Below the pieces are notes generated by a model. The model was not told the origin of the DNA and searched no databases. It saw only the letters and a program-made list of their open reading frames with translations. From an uncultured virus (IMG/VR IMGVR_UViG_2061766007_000970) (lineage: Duplodnaviria; Heunggongvirae; Uroviricota; Caudoviricetes), in the IMG/VR virus record IMGVR_UViG_2061766007_000970: 64,000 bases of DNA. The stretch is one strand, 5' to 3'. This document shows positions 9,844 to 20,441 of this stretch, one piece after another. Numbering within the stretch: the stretch's first letter is position 1; each line of letters starts with the position of its first letter. A program made the position numbers and the translations under genes.

Positions 9844-10176
9844 GTGTCAAAGAAAGTCGTCGATACACCGATATACATAGATACCTACAAGCTCGTGGGT
9901 ATCGTGTATAACCTGCGCTTTGCGATACCGAAGCGCGATAGGGCCGTGCTCGGCGACAGGCTTCTTGATGCCGTGACGGCAATGCTCGTTGAGTTTACGC
10001 TGTCATACAAGTTGCGCGGAAACGAGAAGGTAGTCCACACTGACAGATTCCTCGCNNNNNNNNNNACTCGTGGGCATCGTGTATAACCTGCGCTTTGCGA
10101 TACCGAAGCGCGATAGGGCCGTGCTTGGCGACAGGCTCCTTGACGCCGTGACGGCAATGCTCGTTGAGTTTACGCT
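9844..10176 (+). CDS. avd: Avd, partial additional haplotype copies
   Basis: MSKKVVDTPIYIDTYK..., near-identical protein to the 4645 copy with many synonymous changes. Confidence 0.8.
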
Positions 10177-10259
10177 NNNNNNNNNNGTTATTTCTGTCGC
10201 CGTATTTTTCTTTGGAAAAATACTTTTCGACGAAAATGATTGGAAGGGTAAAAAATAGT

Positions 10260-10727
10260 ATGTCGAAAGTTGTTCTTGAAAGTGCTAAAATTTTAAAGCC
10301 TTTAAATGTTAGAAATTTTACATATAAAGAAACCAATTTTTACGAGTTTCAGCGTGAATTTCAGATGCTAATCCATACCAATCGAGGTGATTACTTGTGG
10401 ACCGTTCTTCCTCCGTACACGAGTAATTGCGGCTCGATTCCGTGGCTTGGCCAAAAGGTTTTGCGTGTAAAATCTTTTGATCCTGACAACGAATTGCAAA
10501 ACGCTTTTTTCTTTTTCCACGACGACCTTTACCAAAAAAAAGGCTACAACATTTTCAATCGCGATGATTCAGACGCTCTTTGCCGTGGCGGTCTTCGCGA
10601 GGCTGGGTTGTCTCGATTCCAGGCATCTACGATAGACTTCTTTTTGATGCTCGGTGCTTGGGGACACTGGGGCGATAATGAATATCACAACAAAGATTGC
10701 TTGAGTAGTCTTGTACCTTGCAAATAA
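10260..10727 (+). CDS. DUF1353-like phage protein
   Basis: SIP..., HDDLY, R.DSD.L.R..LR pattern; homologous to 33924-34385. Confidence 0.6.
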   Translation: MSKVVLESAKILKPLNVRNFTYKETNFYEFQREFQMLIHTNRGDYLWTVLPPYTSNCGSIPWLGQKVLRVKSFDPDNELQNAFFFFHDDLYQKKGYNIFNRDDSDALCRGGLREAGLSRFQASTIDFFLMLGAWGHWGDNEYHNKDCLSSLVPCK

Positions 10728-10853
10728 CTTGTGCCTAAATCATTGTAAACACTAACTGCAAAAACGATATTCGTCTTGAGAGATTAAGAGAGCGGCTGAA
10801 TTCGGAAATTCCGGAGGAAGCCTTTAAAACACCACAATCAAGGAGATGATGAT

Positions 10854-11360
10854 ATGGTGTATCAAGACGACAACAAAGAGTACGCCTCTAAAGGCGTCGG
10901 TACTGCCGGTCTTACGACCGGTATCATCGGAACTGTCCTCGGTTCCGGAATTCTTAACAATGGCATTGCTGGCATTTTCGGCGGTAACCAAAATCCGACT
11001 GCAAGCCCTGTGTATCAGTTGGCTCAGAAGGATAACGAAATCGCACTGCTCAAAGCTCAGCAGTATTCGGACAACAAGTTTTTCGCTTTGTCCGAAAAAG
11101 TTGCAGGGCTTGAGACGAAGATTGTTGCAATCGAAACTGCTGCACCGCTTCGCGACAAGATTCTGTCTGACAGTATCTTGAATTTGCAAAAGCAGATGTC
11201 TGAAATCTCTGTGCGTAGGGTCCCGAACTACGCACTTGATCCGGGATATGGCCCTGCGTTCGTTGCCCCGATGCCGCCTCCGGGCTACGCATTGCAGCCT
11301 ATCGTGCAGAACGGCACTACAGTCACTCCGGCCGCGACTACTACGGCTCAGGCTGCATAG
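10854..11360 (+). CDS. Hypothetical protein: Gly-rich hydrophobic N-terminus (YASKGVGTAGL), coiled coil, Pro-rich tail
   Basis: AAGGAG RBS; first gene of a tight three-gene operon. Confidence 0.75.
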   Translation: MVYQDDNKEYASKGVGTAGLTTGIIGTVLGSGILNNGIAGIFGGNQNPTASPVYQLAQKDNEIALLKAQQYSDNKFFALSEKVAGLETKIVAIETAAPLRDKILSDSILNLQKQMSEISVRRVPNYALDPGYGPAFVAPMPPPGYALQPIVQNGTTVTPAATTTAQAA

Positions 11361-11374
11361 TGTGGAGGTGATGC

Positions 11375-11749
11375 ATGCTTATTTCGTTTGACAAGGCTTT
11401 CGATGGTCTTATTGCCTTTATGGCCGAACAGACTTCGAAAATAACGGACAACATTGTAAAGTGGTTCTCTATCGGTGGACTCGCTGTCGCGAAAATCAAT
11501 CCTGGACCGTTGAAAAATACAATACGTCCTGTGCTTGAAATGCTCAGTGTCTTGCATGATGGGATGGTTGACATCGACCTGCTGAAGGTTGCTTTCGATG
11601 AGGCCTTTAAAGCTGTTCCTGAAATCACCTATCGCAAGTTTGTATTCAACAAAGACGATGCTTGTGGTCTTGTCGCGAAATTGCGTGAGATCGCTTCTGC
11701 CGAAATGCGGCAGACGCAGATGACTGCGTCTGGCACGGAGGTTGGATGA
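11375..11749 (+). CDS. Hypothetical protein (operon gene 2)
   Basis: GGAGGTG RBS; ATGA overlap with the next gene. Confidence 0.75.
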   Translation: MLISFDKAFDGLIAFMAEQTSKITDNIVKWFSIGGLAVAKINPGPLKNTIRPVLEMLSVLHDGMVDIDLLKVAFDEAFKAVPEITYRKFVFNKDDACGLVAKLREIASAEMRQTQMTASGTEVG

Positions 11750-11973
11750 TGACTGACAAAATGAAAAAAGTGCTTGAACGCACAGAAGAAACGCTTTGCC
11801 GTCACCTGGAAGACTTGAACGATCAAGTTGATGCAAACGGTGGCCGCATGAAGGATCACAAGGTTCTTGATGGCATCAAGGATGCTCTTAAGTCCTTGTG
11901 GTACAAAAAGGAAATTATGGGCGGTGCTGACGTTGTCAAGACGGCGGCAAAATCGATGCCTGCCATGATGTAA
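11746..11973 (+). CDS. Hypothetical helical protein (operon gene 3)
   Basis: GGAGG RBS; followed by a terminator. Confidence 0.7.
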   Translation: MMTDKMKKVLERTEETLCRHLEDLNDQVDANGGRMKDHKVLDGIKDALKSLWYKKEIMGGADVVKTAAKSMPAMM

Positions 11974-11992
11974 CTTATCAGTGGATTCTTCG

Positions 11993-12028
11993 AGACGACT
12001 TGCAGTAATGCGAGTCGCCTTTTTTTTT
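11993..12028 (+). terminator. Rho-independent terminator
   Basis: CGACTTGCA-GTAA-TGCGAGTCG stem followed by T9. Confidence 0.75.
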
Positions 12029-12077
12029 ATGTGCCTAAAATGTGTCGAACATTTATTTATTATTTACTTTGACGAGC

Positions 12078-12491
12078 ATGACAATCGTTGATTATGCTTT
12101 GACATTTTTGGGTCGCCCGTACATTTGGGGTGGTGACGGATCCGGTAAGTACTGTGGCGGTTTTGATTGCTCTGGGCTTGTTGTCGAATGCTTACGTGCT
12201 TTTGGCCATGTGGACTGCGATTTGACCGCACAAGGTCTGTATGATTATTTGACTGGCTGTGGTTGCGAGAAAGCAGAATATCTTTATTGGAAGCCGTCTG
12301 ACGTACTCTTTTTCGGCAAAAGCAGGAACTGCATTACTCATGTAGCTATAGCTATTGGTGATGGCCTGATGGTCGAGGCTGGAGGCGGCGGATCCAAATG
12401 CAAAACCTTAGAGGCTTCTACAGGAATGGTTCGGGTGCGTCCGATATTTTACAGAAAAGACTTTGTGGCGGGTTTAAGGATGCCTGATTAG
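12078..12491 (+). CDS. NlpC/P60 cell-wall peptidase (putative endolysin)
   Basis: G.PYIWGG, GFDCSGLV, THVAI motifs. Confidence 0.9.
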   Translation: MTIVDYALTFLGRPYIWGGDGSGKYCGGFDCSGLVVECLRAFGHVDCDLTAQGLYDYLTGCGCEKAEYLYWKPSDVLFFGKSRNCITHVAIAIGDGLMVEAGGGGSKCKTLEASTGMVRVRPIFYRKDFVAGLRMPD

Positions 12492-12724
12492 AAGTATGCA
12501 CTTTTTTATACACTTTTTAATTAGCGTTTTTCGAAATTGAACGAAAATAAGTAAAAGTGTGTGAAAGTAAATAAATATGATTGTATGTGAAAAATACAAG
12601 TAATTAAAACAAAATGGCAAAAATGGGCGAAAATAAAAATTTTTACTTTCTTTCGCTCGCAAAACATTATACTTTCGTGATTCTCAACAGAATCAAGTCT
12701 TTAAAGTTGTGTATNNNNNNNNNN

Positions 12725-13521
12725 TTTTGCAGACGAAGAGTGGTATTCCGTTGTACAACTGCGGTGTTGGTGGCGAAAATTCGAAGGATATTATTGCTCG
12801 TCAAGGTGGTGATATTATGATGCTTTTCACGAGCGATAACCCGAACATCGTAATTCCCGCGACTACTGATGCTGTAGAAATCAGAACGAACAATATAAAA
12901 ACACTTTTTGGAAATTATGCCCATCCGCTTGCTCAGCCTGGTGGCTACGTGAACCCCGTCACACTTAACGGCATCAAGGGAACTCTGTCGCTATCGTCTA
13001 GCAAATATTACTTTACCCGCAGTGAAGCGGGTGAAGCCAAGACCATTGATAGGGATGCAAGGATTGTGACCTATGGCGATGTAAAGTATAACTCTCCATA
13101 TCTTATGATAATCTTTATTGGCCAAAATGGCGGGTGGAGCGATGCTGCTGAACTCATCGACCAGCACAATAAGATGATAGCCCATTCCAGTGCGAAGCAC
13201 GTACTTGTTCTAGGGTTGTCGAGTGGTACTACTGAAAGCAGGGCAGATTATGAAGCTGCGATGAAGGCTGAATTTGGGCGGTACTTTGTGAGCATCCGTC
13301 AGTATCTTGCACATCCTATCTATGACGAGAACAATCAAATTGTGTCTTGTTACGGACTTGCGGACGAAGGACTTACTCCGAGTGCGAACGATTTAGAAAA
13401 AATAGCAATCGGTCAAGTCCCGAGCCAATTGCTTGCAGACGGAGTTCACTATACGGACGCGACAAAGACGGTTATCGGAAACATGCTCTACAAGTATTGT
13501 CAAGACCTCGGTATTTTCTAA
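12725..13521 (+). CDS. C-terminal part of an SGNH-like hydrolase/tail protein
   Basis: N.GVGGE.S..I.ARQG, IFIGQNGG, DGVHY; 5' end in gap. Confidence 0.65.
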
Positions 13522-13809
13522 GACGATCGATCGTTGGCGTAATGGTATTCGCAAGTGCATTGATTCTAATTTGTCTTTAATGGAATATCCGAGGATTGTG
13601 TAATGATAAACGAACACGCAGAATGGCGAAAGTTCTTGCAGCCGCTTGTGACGGGGCTTGTCACCCTCATGGCGATTGCTACGCTGTACTTGCAACGAAG
13701 TGCAATTTAAAAAAAGGTGTAAAAAATGGATTTGTAACGGCTAGATTCTTATGAATGGTCTCCGCTGTGCAACAGCGAAGTTGCTGTAGACAATCCGTAA
13801 CGAGGCTGT

Positions 13810-14025
13810 ATGGACATAGCGTCAGTATTCGAAACAATCGGCAACGTGCTTGGCTATCCCGCCATGCTCTTAATCTTTTGGCTTTACATCAAGGTAAAGG
13901 ATACCGAGAAGCGTTTGCAGCAGGGTGACTCCGACATGAAGGAGATGCTCAAACTCATCACCGACATACGCATCGACGTTGCCGTGCTTCGCGGAAAGAA
14001 AGAGGATAGGGAGGGCGAAAAGTGA
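13810..14025 (+). CDS. Holin-like protein (one TM helix + coiled coil)
   Basis: Hydrophobic N-terminus, charged tail; homologous to 33661-33927; in the lysis module. Confidence 0.55.
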   Translation: MDIASVFETIGNVLGYPAMLLIFWLYIKVKDTEKRLQQGDSDMKEMLKLITDIRIDVAVLRGKKEDREGEK

Positions 14026-14229
14026 CCAAGACAATTATCGCATTATCAGTTTGCAACATAATAGGATTGATTTTGATCCTTATTCCGGAAATGTGACATG
14101 GGGTTAGTTTGTTCTATANNNNNNNNNNCTTTTTTATACACTTTTTCAAAAAAAAGAAAGTCCGGGATTAATCCCGGACCGCTAGTCCTTGAACCAATTA
14201 TAGCATCATGGTTCGCACTCGTCAACCGT

Positions 14230-15228
14230 CTATTTGTAAACTTCGCTTATTGCCTTTTCGGAATCGGTGTCGAGGATGTGACCGTATGTGTCGATTGTCA
14301 TCGTGATGTTTTCGTGACGCATCAAGTCCCTGACTACCATAAGATTTATACCCTTATTCGCTCGTAGGATGTTCGATCCAAAAGAGTGCCTGAAGCGATG
14401 TGCATGAGCTTTTCCTGGGAATCCTTCCGGAATGGCTTTTTGGGCAGACTTCCTCAGCTTGTACTTCGAAAATTTAAAATTCCACTCGCCGTCATAACGG
14501 TCGATTTCTCTCTTCAATCTTGGACACACTGGGATTGTTGCCGGCTTGTCGCCTTTACCGACAACGTGTATTTTCCCATCGTAGATTTTTTCTGGCCGCA
14601 TTGCGACGGCTTCGCTAACGCGTAAACCGGCAAACGCCATGAGAGACCACAAGAGACGTGTCTTTGGATCGGGTGCGTTCGCGATTATCCTGTCGATTTG
14701 GTCTATCGTCCAAAAGTCTCGGTGAGTTTTAGTTACTTTTCTTTTGGGAATCGCTTTTTTTATTGGATTTTTGGGAAGCAGTTCGAGTACATCGACGACG
14801 AAATTGAAAAAGGTCGCAAGAATGGTTTTCTTGTGCATATATGTTCGCGAGGAATTTTGTTCGGTATTTTTCAGAAACGCCTCATTTATTTCTTTTGTCG
14901 TTATTGAAGAAACGGGCCTGTCGAAAAGTGGCCTGATTGAATCTACACCATTGACTATTACATACACGCTTGCAGGCTTTACGCCCTTGGATCTTTCGTA
15001 CTGTTCGAATTTGATAACGGCTTCTCCTAGAGTCATTGTTTCGGCTTTGTCTTTGATGTCAAAGTCGCCGGCTTTCAGCCGTTCTTGCATGCGAAACTTG
15101 GCTTCGGTTTTGCTTGACGTGCCGAGGCTAAAATAATGGGTTTTCCCTTTTGCGTGCGGGTCGGGAACTCGTGCGTACCAAGTTTGTATGTTTTTTGATT
15201 TGTTCTTTTGGACTAGCGTTACGGCCAT
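14230..15228 (-). CDS. int: Tyrosine integrase (phage A)
   Basis: GLRVSE, GKGDK, HRFRH, RHENI..T..Y catalytic motifs. Confidence 0.95.
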   Translation of the reverse strand: MAVTLVQKNKSKNIQTWYARVPDPHAKGKTHYFSLGTSSKTEAKFRMQERLKAGDFDIKDKAETMTLGEAVIKFEQYERSKGVKPASVYVIVNGVDSIRPLFDRPVSSITTKEINEAFLKNTEQNSSRTYMHKKTILATFFNFVVDVLELLPKNPIKKAIPKRKVTKTHRDFWTIDQIDRIIANAPDPKTRLLWSLMAFAGLRVSEAVAMRPEKIYDGKIHVVGKGDKPATIPVCPRLKREIDRYDGEWNFKFSKYKLRKSAQKAIPEGFPGKAHAHRFRHSFGSNILRANKGINLMVVRDLMRHENITMTIDTYGHILDTDSEKAISEVYK

Positions 15229-15231
15229 GTG

Positions 15232-15480
15232 TTACCTTGTCTTTCTTCTTGATGCCATTATTCGTTTGGTTCTTCTGTCGAGCCATGTTTCTACAGCGGC
15301 TTTGCTAAAAAGATATCCTCCGGGATGGATTTTAGGTTCGATGTTGTTGTCGCGGATTTCTTTGGACAAGGTTGTCTGCTTGACGCCCATAGCATCCATA
15401 GCTCCGATGGTGGTATAGTATTCGTCATCGAGATAGATGACTGTCTTTTGCGAAAAATCAAGAGATGTTTTTGCTGTCAT
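15232..15480 (-). CDS. Excisionase-like HTH protein
   Basis: Small basic HTH directly upstream of the integrase. Confidence 0.65.
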   Translation of the reverse strand: MTAKTSLDFSQKTVIYLDDEYYTTIGAMDAMGVKQTTLSKEIRDNNIEPKIHPGGYLFSKAAVETWLDRRTKRIMASRRKTR

Positions 15481-15533
15481 TTTTTTTCTCCTTCTTTTAC
15501 AATAAAATCTCTAAACTGATATTGAAAATTTCT

Positions 15534-18500
15534 TCATTCCAGCCACAAAAGGCTTGCATTTTGTGGCAAATATCCAATAGTTTTTTCANNNNNNNNNNCC
15601 CAGCCACAAAAGGCTTGCATTTTGTGGCAAATATCCAATAGTTTTTTCAATTCCGGGACGTTCATTTCTTCTGGCGTTTTCGGCGCTTTGTTGCAGAGCC
15701 ATTTCTTTGGAGGGCGTTTCATGATTATATCTCTCCTGGTTCGAGTTCTACGATGGATGAATGTGTCAGCGGAAATTCGAGGAAACGACGGTCTTCGATA
15801 TCCTTGAAATCTTTTAATCTTACGACGGTCGTGTTCTTTAGAATCTTTTTTATTTGGGGCCATTTTCTGCCGTAAAGCTGGTGCATACTGTTGTTGAATA
15901 GCTTGTTGCGCTTGGCTTTCGATTTTCGCATCACGCCTCCTTATCTTAGTGAAAAATTTTTAGACTTTCCTTGTTTGATTTTTATATAACATTCCGGGCA
16001 AACCTTGGCGTTTATGCCGTGAGCCGTTCCTAATCTATATATAGTGCCAGTTACTTTTACAAGCGGCTCCCTGTCGTCAGAAACTCCACATCCAGAGCAA
16101 AATTCAGTAAATAACAATCCCATTTTTACTTGTCCTTGAATTTATCTGCAAGCGCAAGCCAAAGCGATTTGTACTTGTAATGAATTGTTATTTGTTTATT
16201 GTATTCGTCTGCCAATTCTTCACTACCTGCACCATAAAAGAGGTCTTTGAAATGTGTCGCATTCATTTCAGCGATTACAGACCTCAACAAGCACCGCTTG
16301 TACTTGTGGTGACGGAGTTCCTTTTCTGCCTTTGCTTGAATCACGTACAAACCTTGTGCGTAATCGTGGACTTGCTTTTGCAATTCCGCAATCTCCGCAT
16401 TGCGTTCATCAAGAATGGCGTCAGTTAGCTTTTTATCATCTCGTAAATCAGCATTGTCACTTTTCAGCGCCGCAATCACCTTGTCGGCTTCCGCCTTAAG
16501 ATAGCACGGCACATAAGACATATCCTTGTTCAACATTAACTGATGCTTCAGTTCGCTCATTTGTACACCTCCGCCTTGGCTCGGCATTTTGCTTCTGCTA
16601 TATTTATTGCTTTCTGCATTTGTTTGCAAGCTTCGTCGAATGTGTTAAATCCGTCGTTCCAAAATCTTGAATTGCAATGCGTGTATTTCCGCAAATATTC
16701 GTCAACGGCAAATCGGCTTAACGCTAAAGCCCTCGCAAGCCACAGCGCACGCTGAGTCTTGCAAATCTGCTTTGCGTTTAATTTCAGCCCTTCGCACATG
16801 GATTCTATGCTTTCAATGTGGACTTTTCTAACGTTTTCAAGTCGCTTTATTTCGTATTTCAGTTCCGCGTTCTCGCGCTTGAGGCTTTCGTATTCCTCAA
16901 GCGGTATCTCGCACGTCATGATTGGCGGGTGTTCAGCGCCGGGGTGCGTGGGGTAGTGTTTTACGTTGTGTTTATTGTTCATCGCTTACTCCTTTTCTTC
17001 TGTAACTTCCATTCTATAGCGTTTGCCGTTTATTGAAAAAATGAAAACTTGTTTATTCGAGAGTAAAAACTGAGCTGCCGCGCCAATGGCTTCGTCAGTT
17101 ACAGGTGACTTTGTTTTCCAAACGCCGGGTTTAATTATCGTACCTGCGTAGATTGCTGATAAGCCGCATCCAACGTGATAATCTGCCATATTTACGCGAC
17201 TCCTTTGTAAATGTGGACGGTCATTGTCCCGGCGTCCTGGAGCGTGAACGTAATTTCGAACGGGACTCCAGCGAGAATATTCGCTGCCTTGCGTCTGGCC
17301 TTCCATGCCTTCTGCACTTCGAGTCTGTGAGCGCGCCATGCGGGGTCTTCGCGATGGGTGTAGAAGTATCTTAAGCTTTTACGTCTGCAAGCAAGCTTGC
17401 CTTTTTCTGTTGCACGATAGCGTTTGCTGCGGTCGTGGGCGGACTTCTTGCCGGCCGGACTTTGTTCCCATGCCTTATGCTGTGCGATTCGTTTTGGTGA
17501 CTTATCGTAAATCCTGTCGAGGTTTCGCCTGTTACGTTTGACTGGGTCTTCGACGAGGCATGTTTTCACGTTGCCGTGTGCCTCCGTTCGTTCAGCGATT
17601 AGAGATTCCCAGTCCTGCATAAACTTCCTTTACTCTTTCGTTTAGTAGTTTGTTTACGTATTTTTTGCACTTGCGTTTTACGACTCCCCACACATGGAAT
17701 TGTAATCTCATGTTGTCGAATCTGTGCTTGTACTTGCTTTCTAGGTGGTTAATGGCGTTCTTCAACAGCAACTGTGTAGTTCTCGCTCGTTCTGCACGTT
17801 CCGTAAAAAGTTGTCTCTTGAGTTTGCATACAAGATTGTCAACCGCATTCGCGTAATACACATCGACATAACGGTCATCTTCTTCCATACGGACGCGTTT
17901 TAATTCTTTGATGGAGTTCATGTTTCTTCCTTGATAGGTTATAATTCCTGTTGAATTTATCGCGGCGTTGCCGATGATGATTTTTAATCGTTCTTGGACG
18001 TTGCAAACAACGCCTTCCCAGTAATCTTGACCTTTGCCGTCGTCTGCGAAGCCGCATGCACTTGACATCGCTTCGGCATGGGTTTTCAAGAGCTGCAAAT
18101 CGGTGGCGGACATCTCGTCAATGCGTTGTGACGGGCGGTTGTTGTAAAGCCTAAATTTTCGTCTGATTATGCTCATGGGTGGCCTCTGGCATTGGTGTTT
18201 TCGGCATCCAGCATTCCACTTCTTTTGGCAAAAATTCACATCCCCAGCCTGGGGCTGATGCATAAAAAATGCAATGCGACGGATTTAAAAACATTTGTTT
18301 GTAAACGCCAAGAAAACGCTCTCTTACTCCACTGTCGCCTTCAAAAAGATGTCGGCGTGCAATGAACTCGACTTCTTGATTTATTTCCGGAAGCTTATCA
18401 CTTGGCGATATCCATTCGCATTTTAATGCAACGGTTTCTCCATTGAACGATTCGTCTATAGCCTGGAAAATGTCGTTGTAGGCATTGGCGAGTATTGTGG

Positions 18501-19225
18501 CTGTGGTGAATTCGCCTTTGTACGTGCCTTTTGCTTTTCGATTAGCAATAGTCTGATCAATCAATCCTGCCTGCCAGGAGATTCTTTTTTCGAGGCGTTC
18601 GTGGATTATTTTTCTGATTTCCTTTATCTGGTCGTCGATGCCGTCGATGCCATATATCTTGTTTTGCTCGACAAGAAAATAACGAATGCTGTTGAGTTCT
18701 TCGAGCCGACGGCGAAAACGATGCAGCATCGTCGATGCGTAACCGGCATCATCTTTCTTGAGGTTTTCTTGCAGAATGTCAAGATTCTTTTCGAGATATT
18801 CTATGTAATTCATTTGAATTTCCTTGGCTTTAGTTTTTTCCAGTGTTCCGGATCTATAACGCAAGATGTGCAGACAAACTTGACTCCGCGTTGGAAACAC
18901 CACTTGCGATATCCACAGATGCCGCAAGTGGTGTAGGTTTTGAATTCTATTTCAGATGTCATTCGCTATTCGTTTTAATTGATCGTGCAAATCTTCAAGG
19001 CATCCGCTAAACGTTTTGTAAACTTTGACTATTGCTTTTGATGTGTAGTATTGGAGCGCTAATAAACTTTCTAAAGTTTCTTTTGATAACATTTGTTTTT
19101 CTTGATAAAGTCTTGTTTTTGAAAAGTCACTATACATCGATCTCGTTGATTCTAGCTGCTTTAGAAAGTTTTCAGTTTCTCGTTCGTCTTGCTCGCGCTG
19201 TCTTTCATAATCTTCTTCGAACATT
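15534..19225 (-). other. Cluster of small hypothetical early genes (e.g. 16126-16560, 16557-16982, 17192-17620, 18151-18813)
   Basis: Tightly packed co-oriented ORFs with overlapping starts/stops; no recognisable motifs. Confidence 0.6.
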
Positions 19226-19228
19226 ATT

Positions 19229-19738
19229 TCACCTAAATGTTTTGTTTTCGGCTTTGCTCTTTTGCTGTTCTTGATAAAGTTCTTTGGTTTTGTCGCCTTT
19301 GGTTTCAAGGTATATTTCGAACCAGATGTCAAGATCTTCCTTTTTGTAAAAGAATCTTTTGCCAACTTTTTTGGAGTCCAGTTCGCTGTTCTTTCTGGCA
19401 TTCGAAATAATCTGTAAGTTTATTCCCAAATATTCATGTGCCTGTTCAATGGTCAGGTAACCGAGGCTGTTCATTCTTTTTATGTTGGCGCTTTCTGTTT
19501 CTTGTTCCTTGTTGTCTTGGTTTTCCGTCGTTTCGCTGGCATTATTTTGAACTGCGGGTTCTACGGCATTTTCATCTTGCGCAGGTTCGTAATACGCTGT
19601 TAACGCTTTTGCGATGATCTCCATGATTTTAAGTTTCTTGCCATTTTTTTTTGCTTCGGCTTGATCGTCGATGATGCCGTTGAACGCAAATACAGGTAAG
19701 TTGCATTTCCCTTGTATTGATATTGTTTTAATTTCCAT
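19229..19738 (-). CDS. DNA-binding protein with C-terminal excisionase-type HTH
   Basis: YLTIEQAHEYLG...KVGKRFFY; counterpart of 48256-48744. Confidence 0.65.
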   Translation of the reverse strand: MEIKTISIQGKCNLPVFAFNGIIDDQAEAKKNGKKLKIMEIIAKALTAYYEPAQDENAVEPAVQNNASETTENQDNKEQETESANIKRMNSLGYLTIEQAHEYLGINLQIISNARKNSELDSKKVGKRFFYKKEDLDIWFEIYLETKGDKTKELYQEQQKSKAENKTFR

Positions 19739-19739
19739 T

Positions 19740-20438
19740 TTAATTTTCTCCTTCTTTTTCTTTGTTGTTTTCAATTTCAGATTCCGCGAAGTAGGACTGG
19801 ATTACAGCCTTTGACGGTACGACTTCGATGTCGTGCTTATTTTGCCTGAGCGGCCATGCGACTAGCATCAAGCCGCTCAGCGTTGCGATGTGGCAGCCTT
19901 CGGCTTCCGCACCGTACAGGATGTTTGCGATGGTTTCTGTAACGATGGGTAAAACGCCAAAGGCGTCCGCGACGGAATCCAGCACGCCGATTTCGCCTGG
20001 GCGGAATGTCGCCCCTGTTGCAGAAACATTCTGCAAAGATTCTGCTGGCGGCAACATGCTGAGCAAGTTGGGATAAGGGAGTTCGGTGTCTTCGAGCTTT
20101 TCGTAGCTCGGATTATCGAGACCGAGACCGTATTCCATGACAAATTCTTCTTTCTTTTCGGCGGTGACGAGTGCACGGCCATTGAGGTAGTTCAGGACCT
20201 GCATGTCTGCGTAGAAAGCGAGTTCCTGGAGTACGTCAATCTTGCTAAAGTCTTCGTACTGGTTCAGGTCCAAAACGGCTGCTACGCGTCCGTCCGTGGC
20301 GATGGCGTGAGCGGTGCGGTTAGGCACGAAAACGCACTTGAGGATGTTGGAGCCGGTTCCCTTCTTTGCAGAGATTTTCTTGCCCATGATTTTGAGGGCT
20401 GCAGCGGTCTTTTCGAATGGAGATTTTTCGCGTGACAT
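19740..20438 (-). CDS. Beta-clamp (DnaN)-like phage protein
   Basis: ATDGR and YPN....LP motifs; homologous to 46359-47069. Confidence 0.45.
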   Translation of the reverse strand: MSREKSPFEKTAAALKIMGKKISAKKGTGSNILKCVFVPNRTAHAIATDGRVAAVLDLNQYEDFSKIDVLQELAFYADMQVLNYLNGRALVTAEKKEEFVMEYGLGLDNPSYEKLEDTELPYPNLLSMLPPAESLQNVSATGATFRPGEIGVLDSVADAFGVLPIVTETIANILYGAEAEGCHIATLSGLMLVAWPLRQNKHDIEVVPSKAVIQSYFAESEIENNKEKEGEN

Positions 20439-20441
20439 AGT

